A stretch of DNA of 64,000 nucleotides from Deltaproteobacteria bacterium (lineage in GTDB: Bacteria > Desulfobacterota > Syntrophia > Syntrophales > JACQWR01): positions 1,497 through 65,496 of the forward strand of contig JACQWR010000027.1 of NCBI GenBank assembly GCA_016209105.1, given 5' to 3'. Numbering within the stretch: the first letter of the stretch is position 1; every line of letters begins with the position of its first letter. The notes under the pieces are model-generated. The model did no database searches. It saw nothing but the letters and a program-made list of their open reading frames with translations, and was not told the origin of the DNA. Position numbers and translations under genes: made by a program. Shown here piece after piece: positions 11,491-23,276 of the stretch.

Positions 11491-12546
11491 TTATGGATTT
11501 CCCCCCGGCCGGAGAGTTGTTTTGGCGGTTACATCCCCCACGCGATAGGCGTCCATGCGTTCTCGCGCCATCCGCTCCTTCACCGGGAAAACAGTTTCAC
11601 CGCCGCCGCGCACCCGCTTCGAAATGAGATAGGGGGTTTCCCCCTCACGGGAGTATCCCGCGATAATCGTGCCGATCATCCGTTCTTCCGCAGGCTCCGG
11701 AACGCCAAAGGCGATGGCCGTGGGGCCGCTGAAGTTTTCAGGAATGAAAAGCGTGGAGCCGGCAGGCGCCAGGGCTTCAATGCTTTCATTTTCCTCCCGG
11801 TCCCTGCCCACGAGGAATTTCAAGTCGGGACGCAGGCGGAAATGCCTGCCGATCTTGAGATATTGAAGGTCAAGCATGCCGTAATCAGGGGCGTGGGCAA
11901 AAAGGTCCTTGAGGCGCGCGGCGATAACCTCATCGGTCAGAAGGCATCCCCCCGCCGGACAAGGGTAATCCTTCACCCCCAGCTCCTCGGCGAGCATGAT
12001 TTGAGGTTTTCTCGACCTCCCCGAAATGGCGAGGAGTTTCTCCCGGTCAACAATGCCCGCGCGCTCGGGCGCCGTGGGCGGCAGGTGCCGGGCCGAAAGC
12101 GGCCGCAAAATAAACCCTTCAAGTCCGCTCTCCCGTTCGATGATATCGAGGGTCCGGCGCCGCTGCGACATGGGCCGCTGCCCCAAGACCTCTCCGGTTA
12201 TCACAAACGACGCGCCTTCGAGCGGCATCATCTCCCCGGCCTTCCGCAACATGTATATCCGGCAGTCCACGCAGGGATTCATCCCGCGGCCATGGCCGTG
12301 GGGGGGATTCTGCACCATCTTCATGTAATCCATGCCCTTGGCGATCACGCGGATCGGAACGCCGAACTCTTCGGCCACCTTTCTCGCCTGGTGTTTGCAG
12401 CCAGCCTTTTTCGGCGTGCAGTTGCAGAAAGGACTGCTGAAATTCACCGCCGTGATTTCTATGCCCTGGTCCAGCATCATCCGGACGGCAAGCGAACTGT
12501 CAAGTCCGCCGGACAAGAGCGCAATGGCTTTTTTGTTCATTTCCAT
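11491..12546 (-). CDS. PP-loop ATP pyrophosphatase, ThiI/MnmA-like thiouridine-synthase-type protein
   Basis: 351 aa. N-terminal ALLSGGLDSS PP-loop (SGGxDS), Cys-rich FCNC...C and CVDC segments, and ITGEVLGQRPMSQ. The exact tRNA target is not assignable by eye. Confidence 0.6.
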   Translation of the reverse strand: MEMNKKAIALLSGGLDSSLAVRMMLDQGIEITAVNFSSPFCNCTPKKAGCKHQARKVAEEFGVPIRVIAKGMDYMKMVQNPPHGHGRGMNPCVDCRIYMLRKAGEMMPLEGASFVITGEVLGQRPMSQRRRTLDIIERESGLEGFILRPLSARHLPPTAPERAGIVDREKLLAISGRSRKPQIMLAEELGVKDYPCPAGGCLLTDEVIAARLKDLFAHAPDYGMLDLQYLKIGRHFRLRPDLKFLVGRDREENESIEALAPAGSTLFIPENFSGPTAIAFGVPEPAEERMIGTIIAGYSREGETPYLISKRVRGGGETVFPVKERMARERMDAYRVGDVTAKTTLRPGGNP

Positions 12547-12695
12547 ATTACAAGTCCATTCAAATGCGGAGAAGAATGCTTTTTAACCGGTTGCTGAAAA
12601 AGTCTCCGGCGACCAAATAATTTTGTCGTACCCGCGCTCTGTTTAGTCCCCGCTTGACGGGGAAAAGCGGGCTCCAGTAATATTTCAAAAATCCT

Positions 12696-12742
12696 GGATT
12701 CCCGCCGCAGTTTACCCCCGCGAAGGCGGAGGCGGGAATGAC
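12696..12742. repeat. hairpin repeat of the GTCATTCC...GGAATC type (REP-like)
   Basis: ggattcccgccgcag...cggaggcgggaatgac. The outer arms GGATTCCCGCC/GGCGGGAATGAC are inverted complements. Same terminal motif as the inverted repeats at 40113-40269. Lies in the 430-nt gene-free gap 12547-12978. Confidence 0.6.
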
Positions 12743-12978
12743 AGGAAAGAGCCGAAACGCTTCTATATACAGGCTGTTCAAAAATGCCCAGCCTCCCTTT
12801 CGCAGAACTTTTGAAAAATGTTTTCTGCGCAGCGAATGGGAGATTTTTCGCCACATCCCGATGGATCACCAGGACAGGGGTTGCAATCTTTCTTACCTAT
12901 CGCTCTTCCCATCGCATATCCTGGCGAAAAAGATCCTGAGCAGAGCAGAATACATTCTTCACTTTTATTATCCGTAAA

Positions 12979-13731
12979 TCAGATGCCCGCCCCGTCTTCA
13001 AACTCATACGTCTGGGAAAACACATCGAGGATTTCCCGTTTTTTCTGCTCCACGTATTTATCCAGCTCCACCTTGATGCCCTGGAGCTGCTCCACCGCTT
13101 CGAGCCGCTCCTCCATGGAGTCCATCTGTTTCCCCAGGAATTTGAAGGCATCGGCAATCGGATCGGGAAGCTTATTGTGTCCCAGCTCATTCAGTTCCTT
13201 GGCGGAAAAACCCATTCCGATTCGGGCCGGCACGCCCACCGCGATGGCGTTCGCGGGAATGTCCTTGACCACGAGCGATGCCGCGCCGATCCGGGTGCCG
13301 TCCCCAATGTGTATGGGCCCCAGCACGATCGTCCCGGCCCCGACCAGAACGTTGTTTCCTATGGTGGGATGGCGTTTCTCCTTCTTCAGACTCACTCCGC
13401 CCAGCACCACACCCTGGTAGAGCAGCACGTCATCGCCGATTTCCGTGGTCTCGCCGATGACGACCCCGGCGCCGTGATCAATGAAAAAACGCCTGCCGAT
13501 TTTTGCACCGGGATGAATCTCGATGCCCGTAAAGAAACGAGCTATATGGGATATCATGCGGCCGAGAAAGAAAAAGCCCCGTTTCCAGAGCGCGTGCGCG
13601 ACCCGATGCATCCATACCGCGTGGAGTCCCGGATAGAAGAAGAGAATCTCGAAGATGTTCCTCGCCGCCGGATCCTTCCTGAATACGGTCTGAATATCCT
13701 CCCGTACTCCCGCTACAATTTTTTTCAGCAT
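12979..13731 (-). CDS. cysE: serine O-acetyltransferase
   Basis: 250 aa. [30 protein letters not shown] followed by [34 protein letters not shown] hexapeptide repeats. Confidence 0.9.
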   Translation of the reverse strand: MLKKIVAGVREDIQTVFRKDPAARNIFEILFFYPGLHAVWMHRVAHALWKRGFFFLGRMISHIARFFTGIEIHPGAKIGRRFFIDHGAGVVIGETTEIGDDVLLYQGVVLGGVSLKKEKRHPTIGNNVLVGAGTIVLGPIHIGDGTRIGAASLVVKDIPANAIAVGVPARIGMGFSAKELNELGHNKLPDPIADAFKFLGKQMDSMEERLEAVEQLQGIKVELDKYVEQKKREILDVFSQTYEFEDGAGI

Positions 13732-13746
13732 GGCTCAGCCTTCTCA

Positions 13747-14391
13747 CTAAGATTGTCGGTAATCGGAATCAGCCTCTCCGGCAGGAGCAACGGCGCCCTC
13801 CCCCGTCAATACGAATATGGCGTTCAAGGCAAACAGGTTGGGCCAGAACTTCACCAGTTTCTTTCCGGCCAGGTAATAAGCCTTCCGGATGCGGAGTTTC
13901 TTTTCCGCACAAAAATTCTTGAAATCGTCAATGCTCAGGCAGCGCACGTTCGGTGTATCATACCACAGGTGCGGCAACGCCTTCGTCATCGGGGCATTGC
14001 CCCGAAAGAAGAGCATGAACCGGGCGCTCACATGGGCGAAGTTGGGGAAACCGACAATGACTTTCCTCCCCACGCGCAAGGCCTCGCGGATGATGAAATC
14101 AACGTTCGTCACCTCTTGCATGCTCTGGTTTAAAATCACGTAGTCGAAGGATTGGTCCGGATACTCCACGAGACCGCTCTTGATGTCGCTGTTAAAGACG
14201 CTCAAGCCCTTTTTCACGCACTCATAAATGGCCTCGTCATCCAGCTCTATCCCCTGCACCTTGGCATTCTTGTCGCGCGCAAGGATGTACAGGAGGTCGC
14301 CGTTTCCGCATCCCAGGTCGAGAACCCTCGCGCCGGGCTCCACGATCTCGTAGATAATTTTATAATCAAGGCGAAGGGAATTAGATGTCAT
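13747..14391 (-). CDS. metW: methionine biosynthesis protein MetW
   Basis: 214 aa. SAM-methyltransferase-like [12 protein letters not shown] motif. Overlaps the metX 3' end by 11 nt, the classic metXW arrangement. Confidence 0.85.
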   Translation of the reverse strand: MTSNSLRLDYKIIYEIVEPGARVLDLGCGNGDLLYILARDKNAKVQGIELDDEAIYECVKKGLSVFNSDIKSGLVEYPDQSFDYVILNQSMQEVTNVDFIIREALRVGRKVIVGFPNFAHVSARFMLFFRGNAPMTKALPHLWYDTPNVRCLSIDDFKNFCAEKKLRIRKAYYLAGKKLVKFWPNLFALNAIFVLTGEGAVAPAGEADSDYRQS

Positions 14392-15532
14392 ATTCTCTCA
14401 CCACCTCGTAGCCGTTAAATGTCTTATCCAGGAAATGCCGGACTAGGTCCCGCTGTTCTTCCATTTCGACCAGGAAGGCGTCATGCCCGTACGTGGAGCG
14501 AAGTTCGCAGTAGGTGGCATCCACATGCCTCATCTTGAGTTCCCGCACGATCTCCTGCGACTGGAAGGACGGATAGAGCCAGTCTGACCGAAACGAAATG
14601 ATCAGGAAGCGGGTGTCCACCTTTTTCCCGTTGGGGATGAGCTTCCCTGCGGACAGGTCGAAATAATCTATCGCCTTCGTGATGTAGAGGTAGGAATTGG
14701 CGTCAAACCGCTTCACGAAGCTGTCCCCCTTGTACCGCAGATATCCCTCCACCTCGAAATCAGCCCCGAACTTGAAATTGTAATTGACGTTTTTCAGCCT
14801 GCGGGAGAACTTCTCCTCCATGGACTGCACGCTCATGAAGGTGATGTGGCCGATCATCCGGGCAAGCGCCAGCCCCTTCTCCGGCTGGCCGTACTCGTAA
14901 TAATTGCCCTCGCGCCACGCCGTGTCGGCCATGACCGACTGTCTGACCACCTCGTTGAAGGCGATCTGCTGGGGCGAATGCTTGAGGGCGGTGGCAATGG
15001 GGATGGCCGAGCGCACCCGTTCGGGATAGGATGCCACCCACTGCAGCGCCTGCATGCCGCCCATGGAGGCGCCGACAACGCACATCAGTTTATCAATGCC
15101 CAGGGAATCAATCAGGTGGCGCTGGGCGTGAACCATATCCGCGATCGTGATGCTGGGGAAATCGAGGGCGTAGGGCTTGCCCGTGGCGGGATTCACCGAG
15201 GAAGGCCCCGTGCTCCCCTTGCACCCGCCGATCACGTTCGAACAGATGATAAAGTGCTTATCCGTGTCGAAGGCGTTCCCCGGGCCGATCATCCCATCCC
15301 ACCAGCCGGGGTCTTTTTCATCCCCGTAGTAACCCGCCGCATGCGCATCCGCGGAAAGCGCATGGCAAATCAGAATGGCGTTCGTTTTATCACTGTTCAA
15401 TGCCCCATAGGTCTCATAGGCAATCGTCACCGGTCCGAGCTTGCCCCCGAATTCAAGGGCCAGTTCATTCGGCGGTTCGGCAAAGGTAAAATATTTCGTT
15501 TCTACGAGACCGACGCTCTTTTCTTTACTCAT
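14381..15532 (-). CDS. metX: homoserine O-acetyltransferase
   Basis: Alpha/beta hydrolase with the [10 protein letters not shown] nucleophile elbow. N-terminus [32 protein letters not shown]. Start is set at MSKEKS; the ORF track begins 54 nt earlier, at 15586. Confidence 0.9.
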   Translation of the reverse strand: MSKEKSVGLVETKYFTFAEPPNELALEFGGKLGPVTIAYETYGALNSDKTNAILICHALSADAHAAGYYGDEKDPGWWDGMIGPGNAFDTDKHFIICSNVIGGCKGSTGPSSVNPATGKPYALDFPSITIADMVHAQRHLIDSLGIDKLMCVVGASMGGMQALQWVASYPERVRSAIPIATALKHSPQQIAFNEVVRQSVMADTAWREGNYYEYGQPEKGLALARMIGHITFMSVQSMEEKFSRRLKNVNYNFKFGADFEVEGYLRYKGDSFVKRFDANSYLYITKAIDYFDLSAGKLIPNGKKVDTRFLIISFRSDWLYPSFQSQEIVRELKMRHVDATYCELRSTYGHDAFLVEMEEQRDLVRHFLDKTFNGYEVVREYDI

Positions 15533-15611
15533 ACAATCAACGTTAACCCTCAATTTTGACCGTCCGGATTCCCGTCTGCACGGCAATGACAGAGAGACCT
15601 CTCAAAAAGGT

Positions 15612-16541
15612 TCATCCCTGGAAAAGCCAGGTGGAAAGATACCGCTCCCCCGTATCCGGCAGGAGCGCGACAATGGTCTTGCCGGTGGCTTCAGCCCGCT
15701 TCGCGATTTCCAAAGCGGCCCACATGGCCGCTCCGCTCGAGATACCCGCCAGGATGCCCTCTTCCTTCGCCAGTCGCCTCGCCATCTCGCCGCTGTCCTC
15801 ATGGGACACCAGCATAATTTCATCTATGACGCTCCGATCAAGGATACTCGGCACGAAACCCGCCCCGATACCCTGAATCTTGTGCAGACCGGGTTTCCCG
15901 CCTGAAAGCACCGGGGAATCGGTGGGTTCAAGGGCGATGACTTTAACAGAATGCCTTCTTTCTTTCAACACCTTCCCCACACCGGTTATCGTTCCCCCCG
16001 TACCGACGCCGGAAATGAAATAATCAATGTTGCCCCCCGTGTCGCTCAAGATTTCCTCCGCCGTGGTCCGACGGTGTATTTCCGGGTTAGCGGGATTGTT
16101 GAACTGCTGCGGCACAAAACTATTTTCCATGGTTTTTGCCAGTTCGTCGGCCTTTTCCACGGCTCCCCGCATGCCCTTCGCGCCTTCCGTGAGCACCAGT
16201 TCCGCCCCCAGGATGCTGAGCAACTGACGCCGCTCGACGCTCATCGTGTCCGGCATGGTAAGGATCAGCCGGTACCCCTTGGCGGCGCAGACGAATGCCA
16301 GCGCAATGCCCGTATTCCCGCTCGTAGGTTCGATAATCACTGTATCTTTTTTCAGCCGGCCATCCCTCTCCGCCGCCTCGATCATGGCCACGCCGATCCT
16401 GTCCTTCACACTGGAAAGCGGGTTAAACGACTCAAGCTTTGCCAGTATCGTCGCCTTCGAACTCGCCCCGAGCTTGTTTATTTTGACCAGCGGCGTCCGA
16501 CCTATCGTCTTGGTAATATCTTCAAAAATCATTTCCTTCAC
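15612..16541 (-). CDS. cysK: cysteine synthase A (O-acetylserine sulfhydrylase)
   Basis: 309 aa. [11 protein letters not shown], the PLP-lysine motif [22 protein letters not shown] and the [10 protein letters not shown] loop. Confidence 0.92.
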   Translation of the reverse strand: MKEMIFEDITKTIGRTPLVKINKLGASSKATILAKLESFNPLSSVKDRIGVAMIEAAERDGRLKKDTVIIEPTSGNTGIALAFVCAAKGYRLILTMPDTMSVERRQLLSILGAELVLTEGAKGMRGAVEKADELAKTMENSFVPQQFNNPANPEIHRRTTAEEILSDTGGNIDYFISGVGTGGTITGVGKVLKERRHSVKVIALEPTDSPVLSGGKPGLHKIQGIGAGFVPSILDRSVIDEIMLVSHEDSGEMARRLAKEEGILAGISSGAAMWAALEIAKRAEATGKTIVALLPDTGERYLSTWLFQG

Positions 16542-16559
16542 CTCCTGTTAATCAAGCTG

Positions 16560-17873
<1,314 letters not shown>

Positions 17874-17901
17874 CTACAGACAGATTTATAAAGCCAGATT
17901 T

Positions 17902-18669
17902 CTAACGGACCCGCTCTTCGCCGCTGAATATATTCATGCCGCCTCCCTTGGCCAAACTTACCAAACCAAGCCCCGCTTCCCGTGCAATCTTGACCGCCTG
18001 ATCGGAAGGCGCGGCGGAGGCTACGACCAACGGGATCCTGCAGCGCAGCACCTTGGAGGTAACCTCCGAAGATATCCTCCCACTTGACAGCACCCATTTA
18101 TCGTCAAAACTCATACCCTTTGCAAGCGCCTCACCGATAACCTTGTCTATGGCATTATGCCTGCCGAGATCATCCCGGAAGATCAGCACGCTTCCCCCGG
18201 CGGCCAGGGCCGCGCTGTGCACGCCCCTCGTGGCTCTGTGTTCCGCAGAACTATTTAGGAACGTTTTCATAAGCCCCATGATCGTGCCGCTGTCAACCGC
18301 GAAATCGGAATCAATCCTGCCCCGCTGGAGCACATCGAGGGGATTATGGAAGATAATTCCCTTCCCGCAACCGGACGTATATATCCGTTTGAAAACGAAT
18401 TCACCCGGTATCGCCTCAGGTTTTATACCAACGCTCACCTTCCACCGCTCCTCGTCAATAACCAGCGACTCGACAATGGAGAGGTCGGTTATGACGCCGG
18501 AGGTATAGAGAAAACCGATTGTAAGGTTCTTCAGATCCGACGGGGAACACAGGAGCGTGGCCATCTCCTTCCCGTTGACCTCCAAGGTAAGCGGCACCTC
18601 TTGCGTCACCCAGACTTCCCGCTTGTTCCTTCCGTCCCTGCTGACGGATGTTACCTCGAACTTTTCCAT
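17902..18669 (-). CDS. fdhD: formate dehydrogenase accessory sulfurtransferase FdhD
   Basis: 255 aa. YTSGCGKG active-site loop, GVHSAAL, DLGRHNAIDKVIG, and the SSGRISSEVTSKVLRCRIPLVVASAAPS tail. Confidence 0.85.
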   Translation of the reverse strand: MEKFEVTSVSRDGRNKREVWVTQEVPLTLEVNGKEMATLLCSPSDLKNLTIGFLYTSGVITDLSIVESLVIDEERWKVSVGIKPEAIPGEFVFKRIYTSGCGKGIIFHNPLDVLQRGRIDSDFAVDSGTIMGLMKTFLNSSAEHRATRGVHSAALAAGGSVLIFRDDLGRHNAIDKVIGEALAKGMSFDDKWVLSSGRISSEVTSKVLRCRIPLVVASAAPSDQAVKIAREAGLGLVSLAKGGGMNIFSGEERVR

Positions 18670-18700
18670 AACGCTGTTTCCCTCGTCTCCCCGGTGATCG

Positions 18701-19606
18701 TTACGTATAATTGAGCATTCGCTCGATACTCCTGCGCGCCCGGGAAATTACGTCCTCCGGCACCGTGATCTCATGGGTCATGCCCTCCAGGGACCACAAC
18801 ACCTTCTCCAGGGTGGTGCGTTTCATGTTCGGGCACACGGCAAGCTCCGATGCGGGATAAAACTTCTTGCCGGGATTTTCCAGTCTCAACCGGTGCAGAA
18901 TCCCCACTTCGGTGCCCACGATGAATTCCTTCGATGCCGATTCGCGGGCATACGCGCACATGCCTCCCGTGGAAAGAACCTTATCCGCCACCGCAATCAC
19001 TCCGGGCATGCATTCCGGATGCACCATAACTTCCGCCTCCGGGTGCAGCCGTTCCTGCTCCTCGATAGCCTCGGGCAGTATGCGGGCGTGTGTCGGGCAG
19101 AAACCCTTCCAGGCAATAAACGTGCGCCCTACTTGTGTGGAAACGTAATTGGCCAGGTACTTGTCAGGAACAAAAATAATCTCCTCATCTTCCCGAAACG
19201 CGTCCCTGACAAGTTGAAGGGCGTTCGAGGACGTGCAGCCCAGGTCGCATTCCGCCTTGACTTCCGCCGTGGTATTCACGTAGCAGAGCACCTTCGCTCC
19301 CGGATGTTGGGCCTTTAATGCCCGGAGTTGGTCCGCGGTAATCATGTCCGCCATGGGGCAGCCCGCGTTGGGGTCCGGAATAAGCACCGTCTTTTGCGGC
19401 GAGAGGATCTTCGCCGTCTCCGCCATAAAGTAAACCCCGCAGAAGACGATAACCGCGGCGTCCGTTTTGGAGGCATGGATGCTCAATCCCAGAGAATCTC
19501 CCACGTAATCGGCAATATCCTGTACATCGGGGATCTGGTAGTTGTGCGCCAGGATCACCGCGTTTTTTTCCTTTTTCAGTTTTTTGATTTTTTCAATGAG
19601 TTGCAT
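18701..19606 (-). CDS. nadA: quinolinate synthase
   Basis: 301 aa. ILAHNYQIPDVQDIADYVGDSL, the FCGVYFMAETAKIL region, and conserved Cys positions in CPMA, CYVN and CPNM contexts. Confidence 0.9.
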   Translation of the reverse strand: MQLIEKIKKLKKEKNAVILAHNYQIPDVQDIADYVGDSLGLSIHASKTDAAVIVFCGVYFMAETAKILSPQKTVLIPDPNAGCPMADMITADQLRALKAQHPGAKVLCYVNTTAEVKAECDLGCTSSNALQLVRDAFREDEEIIFVPDKYLANYVSTQVGRTFIAWKGFCPTHARILPEAIEEQERLHPEAEVMVHPECMPGVIAVADKVLSTGGMCAYARESASKEFIVGTEVGILHRLRLENPGKKFYPASELAVCPNMKRTTLEKVLWSLEGMTHEITVPEDVISRARRSIERMLNYT

Positions 19607-20666
19607 GCAATACCTCTTCGATCACTCCCCCGACCAGAACGCGGTCATCATGGTAGCACACCACCGCCTGCCCGGGGGTTATAGCCTCCTGATTTTCCTC
19701 AAACACAACCTTGAGCTTATCCTTGTGCATGGACAGAGCGCATCTCGCCGCTTTTTTCCGGTACCGTATTTTTGCATCAGCAACCGAAGGCAAGCGCCCG
19801 GCCCCCACAAGCATATTCACATCCCCCGCGATAAGGCCTTTCGCCTGCAAATCCTTCTTCTCTCCCACCACGATCCGGTTTCTCTCCGCATCCAGGGAAA
19901 CCACATACAGGGGTGAAGGACTGCTGATTCCCAGCCCACTTCTCTGCCCCACGGTATAAAAGGGAATGCCCTTATGTTCGCCTAATTTTCTCCCTCCCAT
20001 ATCCACGATCTCGCCCGATCTGTTCTCAAGTCCCTTTCCGGTAACGAATGCCCGGTAACTCTTCTGGGTTACGAAACAGATATCCTGGCTCTCCTTCTTG
20101 ACCGCCACGGGCAAATCCGCCTTTTGCGCCATCGCCCGCACTTCTCCCTTGGTAAAAGGGGAGAGAGGGAAGAGGATCGCTCCCAGCGCCTCCGGGGCGA
20201 TGGGGTAGAGGAAATATGTCTGATCCTTCGCCCTATCCCGCGGTCTTTTCAAAAAGTATCCCCCTTCGTCCCTGCCGATCTCCGCGTAATGCCCCGTCGC
20301 CAGAAAATCGAATCCGGAGACAAGCGCCGTTTCCAGCAGGGTTCCAAATTTCAGGTATCGGTTGCAATCAATACAGGGATTAGGGGTCCTTCCCCTGCCA
20401 TACTCGGCAATAAACTTCTTTATGACCTTCTCCTCGAGATGCGTCGAATAGTCCAGAACGTAGTGGGGTATGCCGAGTTTAAAGCACACCCTCCTGGCAT
20501 CTTCAATTGCAGCGGGGCCGCAGCATCTCACTCCCTCGCTGTCTTCGCTGTCGGCGACGCCGAGGCACATGGTCATACCCGCAACCTCGTACCCGCCCTC
20601 CTTCAGCAGTAACGCGGCAACGGATGAATCCACTCCACCGCTCATGGCTACGAGAACCTTCTTCAC
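19593..20666 (-). CDS. mnmA: tRNA 2-thiouridine(34) synthase
   Basis: PP-loop VAMSGGVDSSVAA, then NPCIDCN and ATGHYA motifs. Start is placed at GTG 20666 (VKKVLVAMSGG), with AGGAGA upstream. The ORF track extends to 20858, but that extension overlaps nifS and has no homology pattern. Confidence 0.85.
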   Translation of the reverse strand: MKKVLVAMSGGVDSSVAALLLKEGGYEVAGMTMCLGVADSEDSEGVRCCGPAAIEDARRVCFKLGIPHYVLDYSTHLEEKVIKKFIAEYGRGRTPNPCIDCNRYLKFGTLLETALVSGFDFLATGHYAEIGRDEGGYFLKRPRDRAKDQTYFLYPIAPEALGAILFPLSPFTKGEVRAMAQKADLPVAVKKESQDICFVTQKSYRAFVTGKGLENRSGEIVDMGGRKLGEHKGIPFYTVGQRSGLGISSPSPLYVVSLDAERNRIVVGEKKDLQAKGLIAGDVNMLVGAGRLPSVADAKIRYRKKAARCALSMHKDKLKVVFEENQEAITPGQAVVCYHDDRVLVGGVIEEVLHATH

Positions 20667-20724
20667 TTCCCTGGTGTTTCTCCTGGAGTTTACGGTATCT
20701 CTAATGTTTTTCCGTCCCGCCGCT

Positions 20725-21891
20725 TCAGGGTTTCTTTTTGTAAAGCGGCGACATGGATCGTAATTTACCCACGATGCGGGGCAGAGCAGTAAGCACGGTA
20801 TCCACATCCTCCTCGGAGGTGGACCTCCCCAGCGTAAACCGGAGCGAGCTGTGGGCAAGCTCGGGAGGAACGCCGAGCGCCGCGAGAACGTGAGACGCCT
20901 CGAGGCTTGCCGAAGAACAGGCGGAGCCGCTGGAACAGGCGATCCCTTCCATATCCAGATTCAGGATCATCGCCTCCCCTTCAATATAATTGATGCACAC
21001 GTTCACATTATTGGGAAGCCTCCGCGTCGGGTGGCCGTTCAGTTGTATCTCGTCTATGGTTTCGAGCACCCCCTTGATGAATTTGTCGCGCAGGGCGCTG
21101 ATCGTTTTTGCCTCCTCAGTCAGGGACTCCCCTGCCAGTTTCGCGGCCTTTCCCATGCCCACGATCCCCGGCACGTTGTGGGTGGAGGCCCGGCGCCCCT
21201 TTTCCTGTTCGCCGCCGTGTATGAAGGGGGTAATCTTCGTTCCCTTTCTGATATATACGATCCCCACGCCTTTCGGCCCGTACAGCTTGTGACCGGAGGC
21301 GCTCAGCAGATCCACGTTCAGTTTATTTACGTCAATGGGGATATGACCAAAGGTTTGCACCGCATCCGTATGGAAATAGATCCCCTTTTCCCGGGCGATT
21401 TTCCCGATCTCGGCAATGGGCTGAATCGTACCCACCTCGTTATTGGCGTGCATGATCGAAATCAGAATCGTTTTGTCGGTGACGGCCTTTTTTACGGCCC
21501 CAGGGTCAACGGCCCCATCCCTGTCCACCGGAAGATAGGTAACGGCGCATCCCTGTTTTTCCAGGTAGTGGCACGTCTCCAGCACCGCATGGTGCTCGAT
21601 CACGGAGGTAATGACATGGTTGCCCTTGTCCTTCCTCGCAGCCGCAACGCCCTTCAGCGCAAAATTGTCGCTTTCCGTGCCGCCGCTGGTAAAGACGATC
21701 TCCTCCGCCTTTGCGCCGATCAGGGAAGCGATGGAATCCCGCGCCCCTTCCACCGCCTTTTTTGCTTCCTGCCCAAAGGAATGCAGGCTGGAAGGATTCC
21801 CAAAATGTTCCGTGAAATACGGCAGCATCGCCTTCACGACTTCAGGGTCTACCGGCGTGGTCGCCGCATGATCGAGATATATGGATTTCAT
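20725..21891 (-). CDS. nifS: cysteine desulfurase (NifS/IscS class)
   Basis: 388 aa. IYLDHAATTPVDPEV, the PLP-lysine SASGHKLYGPKG and the catalytic-Cys loop SSGSACSS. Confidence 0.9.
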   Translation of the reverse strand: MKSIYLDHAATTPVDPEVVKAMLPYFTEHFGNPSSLHSFGQEAKKAVEGARDSIASLIGAKAEEIVFTSGGTESDNFALKGVAAARKDKGNHVITSVIEHHAVLETCHYLEKQGCAVTYLPVDRDGAVDPGAVKKAVTDKTILISIMHANNEVGTIQPIAEIGKIAREKGIYFHTDAVQTFGHIPIDVNKLNVDLLSASGHKLYGPKGVGIVYIRKGTKITPFIHGGEQEKGRRASTHNVPGIVGMGKAAKLAGESLTEEAKTISALRDKFIKGVLETIDEIQLNGHPTRRLPNNVNVCINYIEGEAMILNLDMEGIACSSGSACSSASLEASHVLAALGVPPELAHSSLRFTLGRSTSEEDVDTVLTALPRIVGKLRSMSPLYKKKP

Positions 21892-21937
21892 TATATTTTC
21901 ACCTTTAATTTTAATGTGTTACGTTAAACATTTCATA

Positions 21938-22378
21938 TCATATGCGTGGCGAAAGGGTCTCCTCAATTTTATCCTTGTTCAATTGGACCAGTTGCTCCAG
22001 ATTGATGGAATTGAGTGCCTCCGCTATCTTCCCTCCAAGCATCACCCAGACGTCGCGACTGGCGCAGATGGGAACCCGCGCGCAGGCGGATTTGTTCTTG
22101 ACGCAATCTACGAGGGACGTATCGCCCTCCAGCACGTCCACGATATCCTTGAGGGTGATCTCTCCCGGCGCCTTTGCCAGGGTATAGCCGCCCCGGGCCC
22201 CGCGGCTCGAATTTACCAGACCCATGCCTCGGAGAGGGATCGTTATCTGACTGAGATATTTCTCCGACATGCCCTCCCCCCGGGCAATATCCTTCAAATA
22301 AACATAGCCCTTGCCATAGTTACGGGCAAGGGCCAGCATCAACCTGACACCGTACTGAGACCTTGTAGAGAGTCTCAT
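21938..22378 (-). CDS. Rrf2-family transcriptional regulator (IscR-like, 3-Cys cluster motif)
   Basis: MRLSTRSQYGVRLMLALA winged-helix N-terminus, SSRGARGGYTLA, and Cys triad C-x6-C-x5-C (DCVKNKSACARVPIC). ATG 22378 is preceded by GAAGGTGGG. The ORF-track start at 22393 would include this SD. Confidence 0.85.
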   Translation of the reverse strand: MRLSTRSQYGVRLMLALARNYGKGYVYLKDIARGEGMSEKYLSQITIPLRGMGLVNSSRGARGGYTLAKAPGEITLKDIVDVLEGDTSLVDCVKNKSACARVPICASRDVWVMLGGKIAEALNSINLEQLVQLNKDKIEETLSPRI

Positions 22379-22398
22379 AACCCACCTTCGCATCTATA

Positions 22399-22445
22399 TA
22401 CTACCATTTTGGTAGTAATTAAATCAGTCAAGGATAACTTGTCAA
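22399..22445 (-). promoter_or_regulatory. candidate promoter plus palindromic operator of the Rrf2 regulator/nifS operon
   Basis: The minus strand reads TTGACA (22445-22440), a 17-nt spacer, then TTAATT (22422-17). This directly abuts the perfect inverted repeat TACTACCA-ttt-TGGTAGTA (22399-22417). Confidence 0.5.
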
Positions 22446-22630
22446 GAAAAAAATAGGGAAGCCTGCTTAACCCGCAGAGATTATTTTCAAAGACCGGACG
22501 GGAAAAGGATATGGAAAAGGATTATAAGAAGTGATAAGATCGCCGCATCTTCAACAAGGTTGAGGATGAGTAGTTTCTCGTGCGGATGTTAACAATAAAC
22601 AAACGATAAAATCGTAAAAAGGAAAATCAT

Positions 22631-23068
22631 ATGGAAGCAAAAATTCTGTCCGTAAATATCAGCGAGAAAAAAGGGGGAAAGAAAAAAAACATCGCCAGGG
22701 GCTTGCTGGTAAAGGACTCGGGCCTGGCCGAGGATGCCCATGCCGGCCCCTGGCATCGTCAGGTGAGTCTTCTGGCGAAGGAAAGCATCGAGAAGATCCG
22801 GGCCAAAGGGCTGGAAGTGAATTACGGGGATTTTGCGGAAAACATCACCACGGAAAACATCGAGCTTTACACGCTGCCCGTAGGCACACGCCTGCTCATC
22901 GGGGAAAGCACGGTGCTGAGAGTCACCCAGATCGGCAAGGAGTGCCATACCCGGTGTAACATCTTCTACCAGGTGGGGGACTGCGTGATGCCGAGAGAGG
23001 GCATCTTCGCGGAGGTGGTGGAGGGCGGCGAAGTAAAAGTGGGCGATGCCATCAGAATTATGGGGTAA
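22631..23068 (+). CDS. MOSC-domain protein
   Basis: 145 aa. LLVKDSGLAEDAHAG...HRQVSLL, GDFAENITTE and the conserved Cys context IGKECHTRC, typical of small MOSC proteins. Confidence 0.75.
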   Translation: MEAKILSVNISEKKGGKKKNIARGLLVKDSGLAEDAHAGPWHRQVSLLAKESIEKIRAKGLEVNYGDFAENITTENIELYTLPVGTRLLIGESTVLRVTQIGKECHTRCNIFYQVGDCVMPREGIFAEVVEGGEVKVGDAIRIMG

Positions 23069-23276
23069 ACCCGTTGCGCTCGAGCGGAGAGCGCACCTCC
23101 GCGTGGCCGTATTTTTTACGATGAACTTCACCTGAAAAATCAACTCGTTCAAGCCCGCCCGGAAAAAATCTTGATTTATTGCAAGGTGTGGTATACAAGG
23201 CGTGGACATTTTAAATACGAGGACTCCTTGTTCGGACCCGGTGTCCGGACTGTAAGAGCCGAGAGGAGGAAGAGCA

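Noticed and set aside
12537-12978. Overlapping about 100-aa ORFs on both strands in the 12.55-12.98 kb gap
   Set aside because: The region is built from repeat modules (GGATTCCCGCC...GGCGGGAATGAC hairpin, caggctgttcaaaaatgcccag). The ORFs overlap each other in several frames with no motif, so they are not treated as coding.
20667-20858. 64-codon N-terminal extension of the mnmA ORF
   Set aside because: It overlaps the nifS 3' end and shows no MnmA homology. A GTG with an upstream AGGAGA lies just before the PP-loop, giving a normal-length protein.
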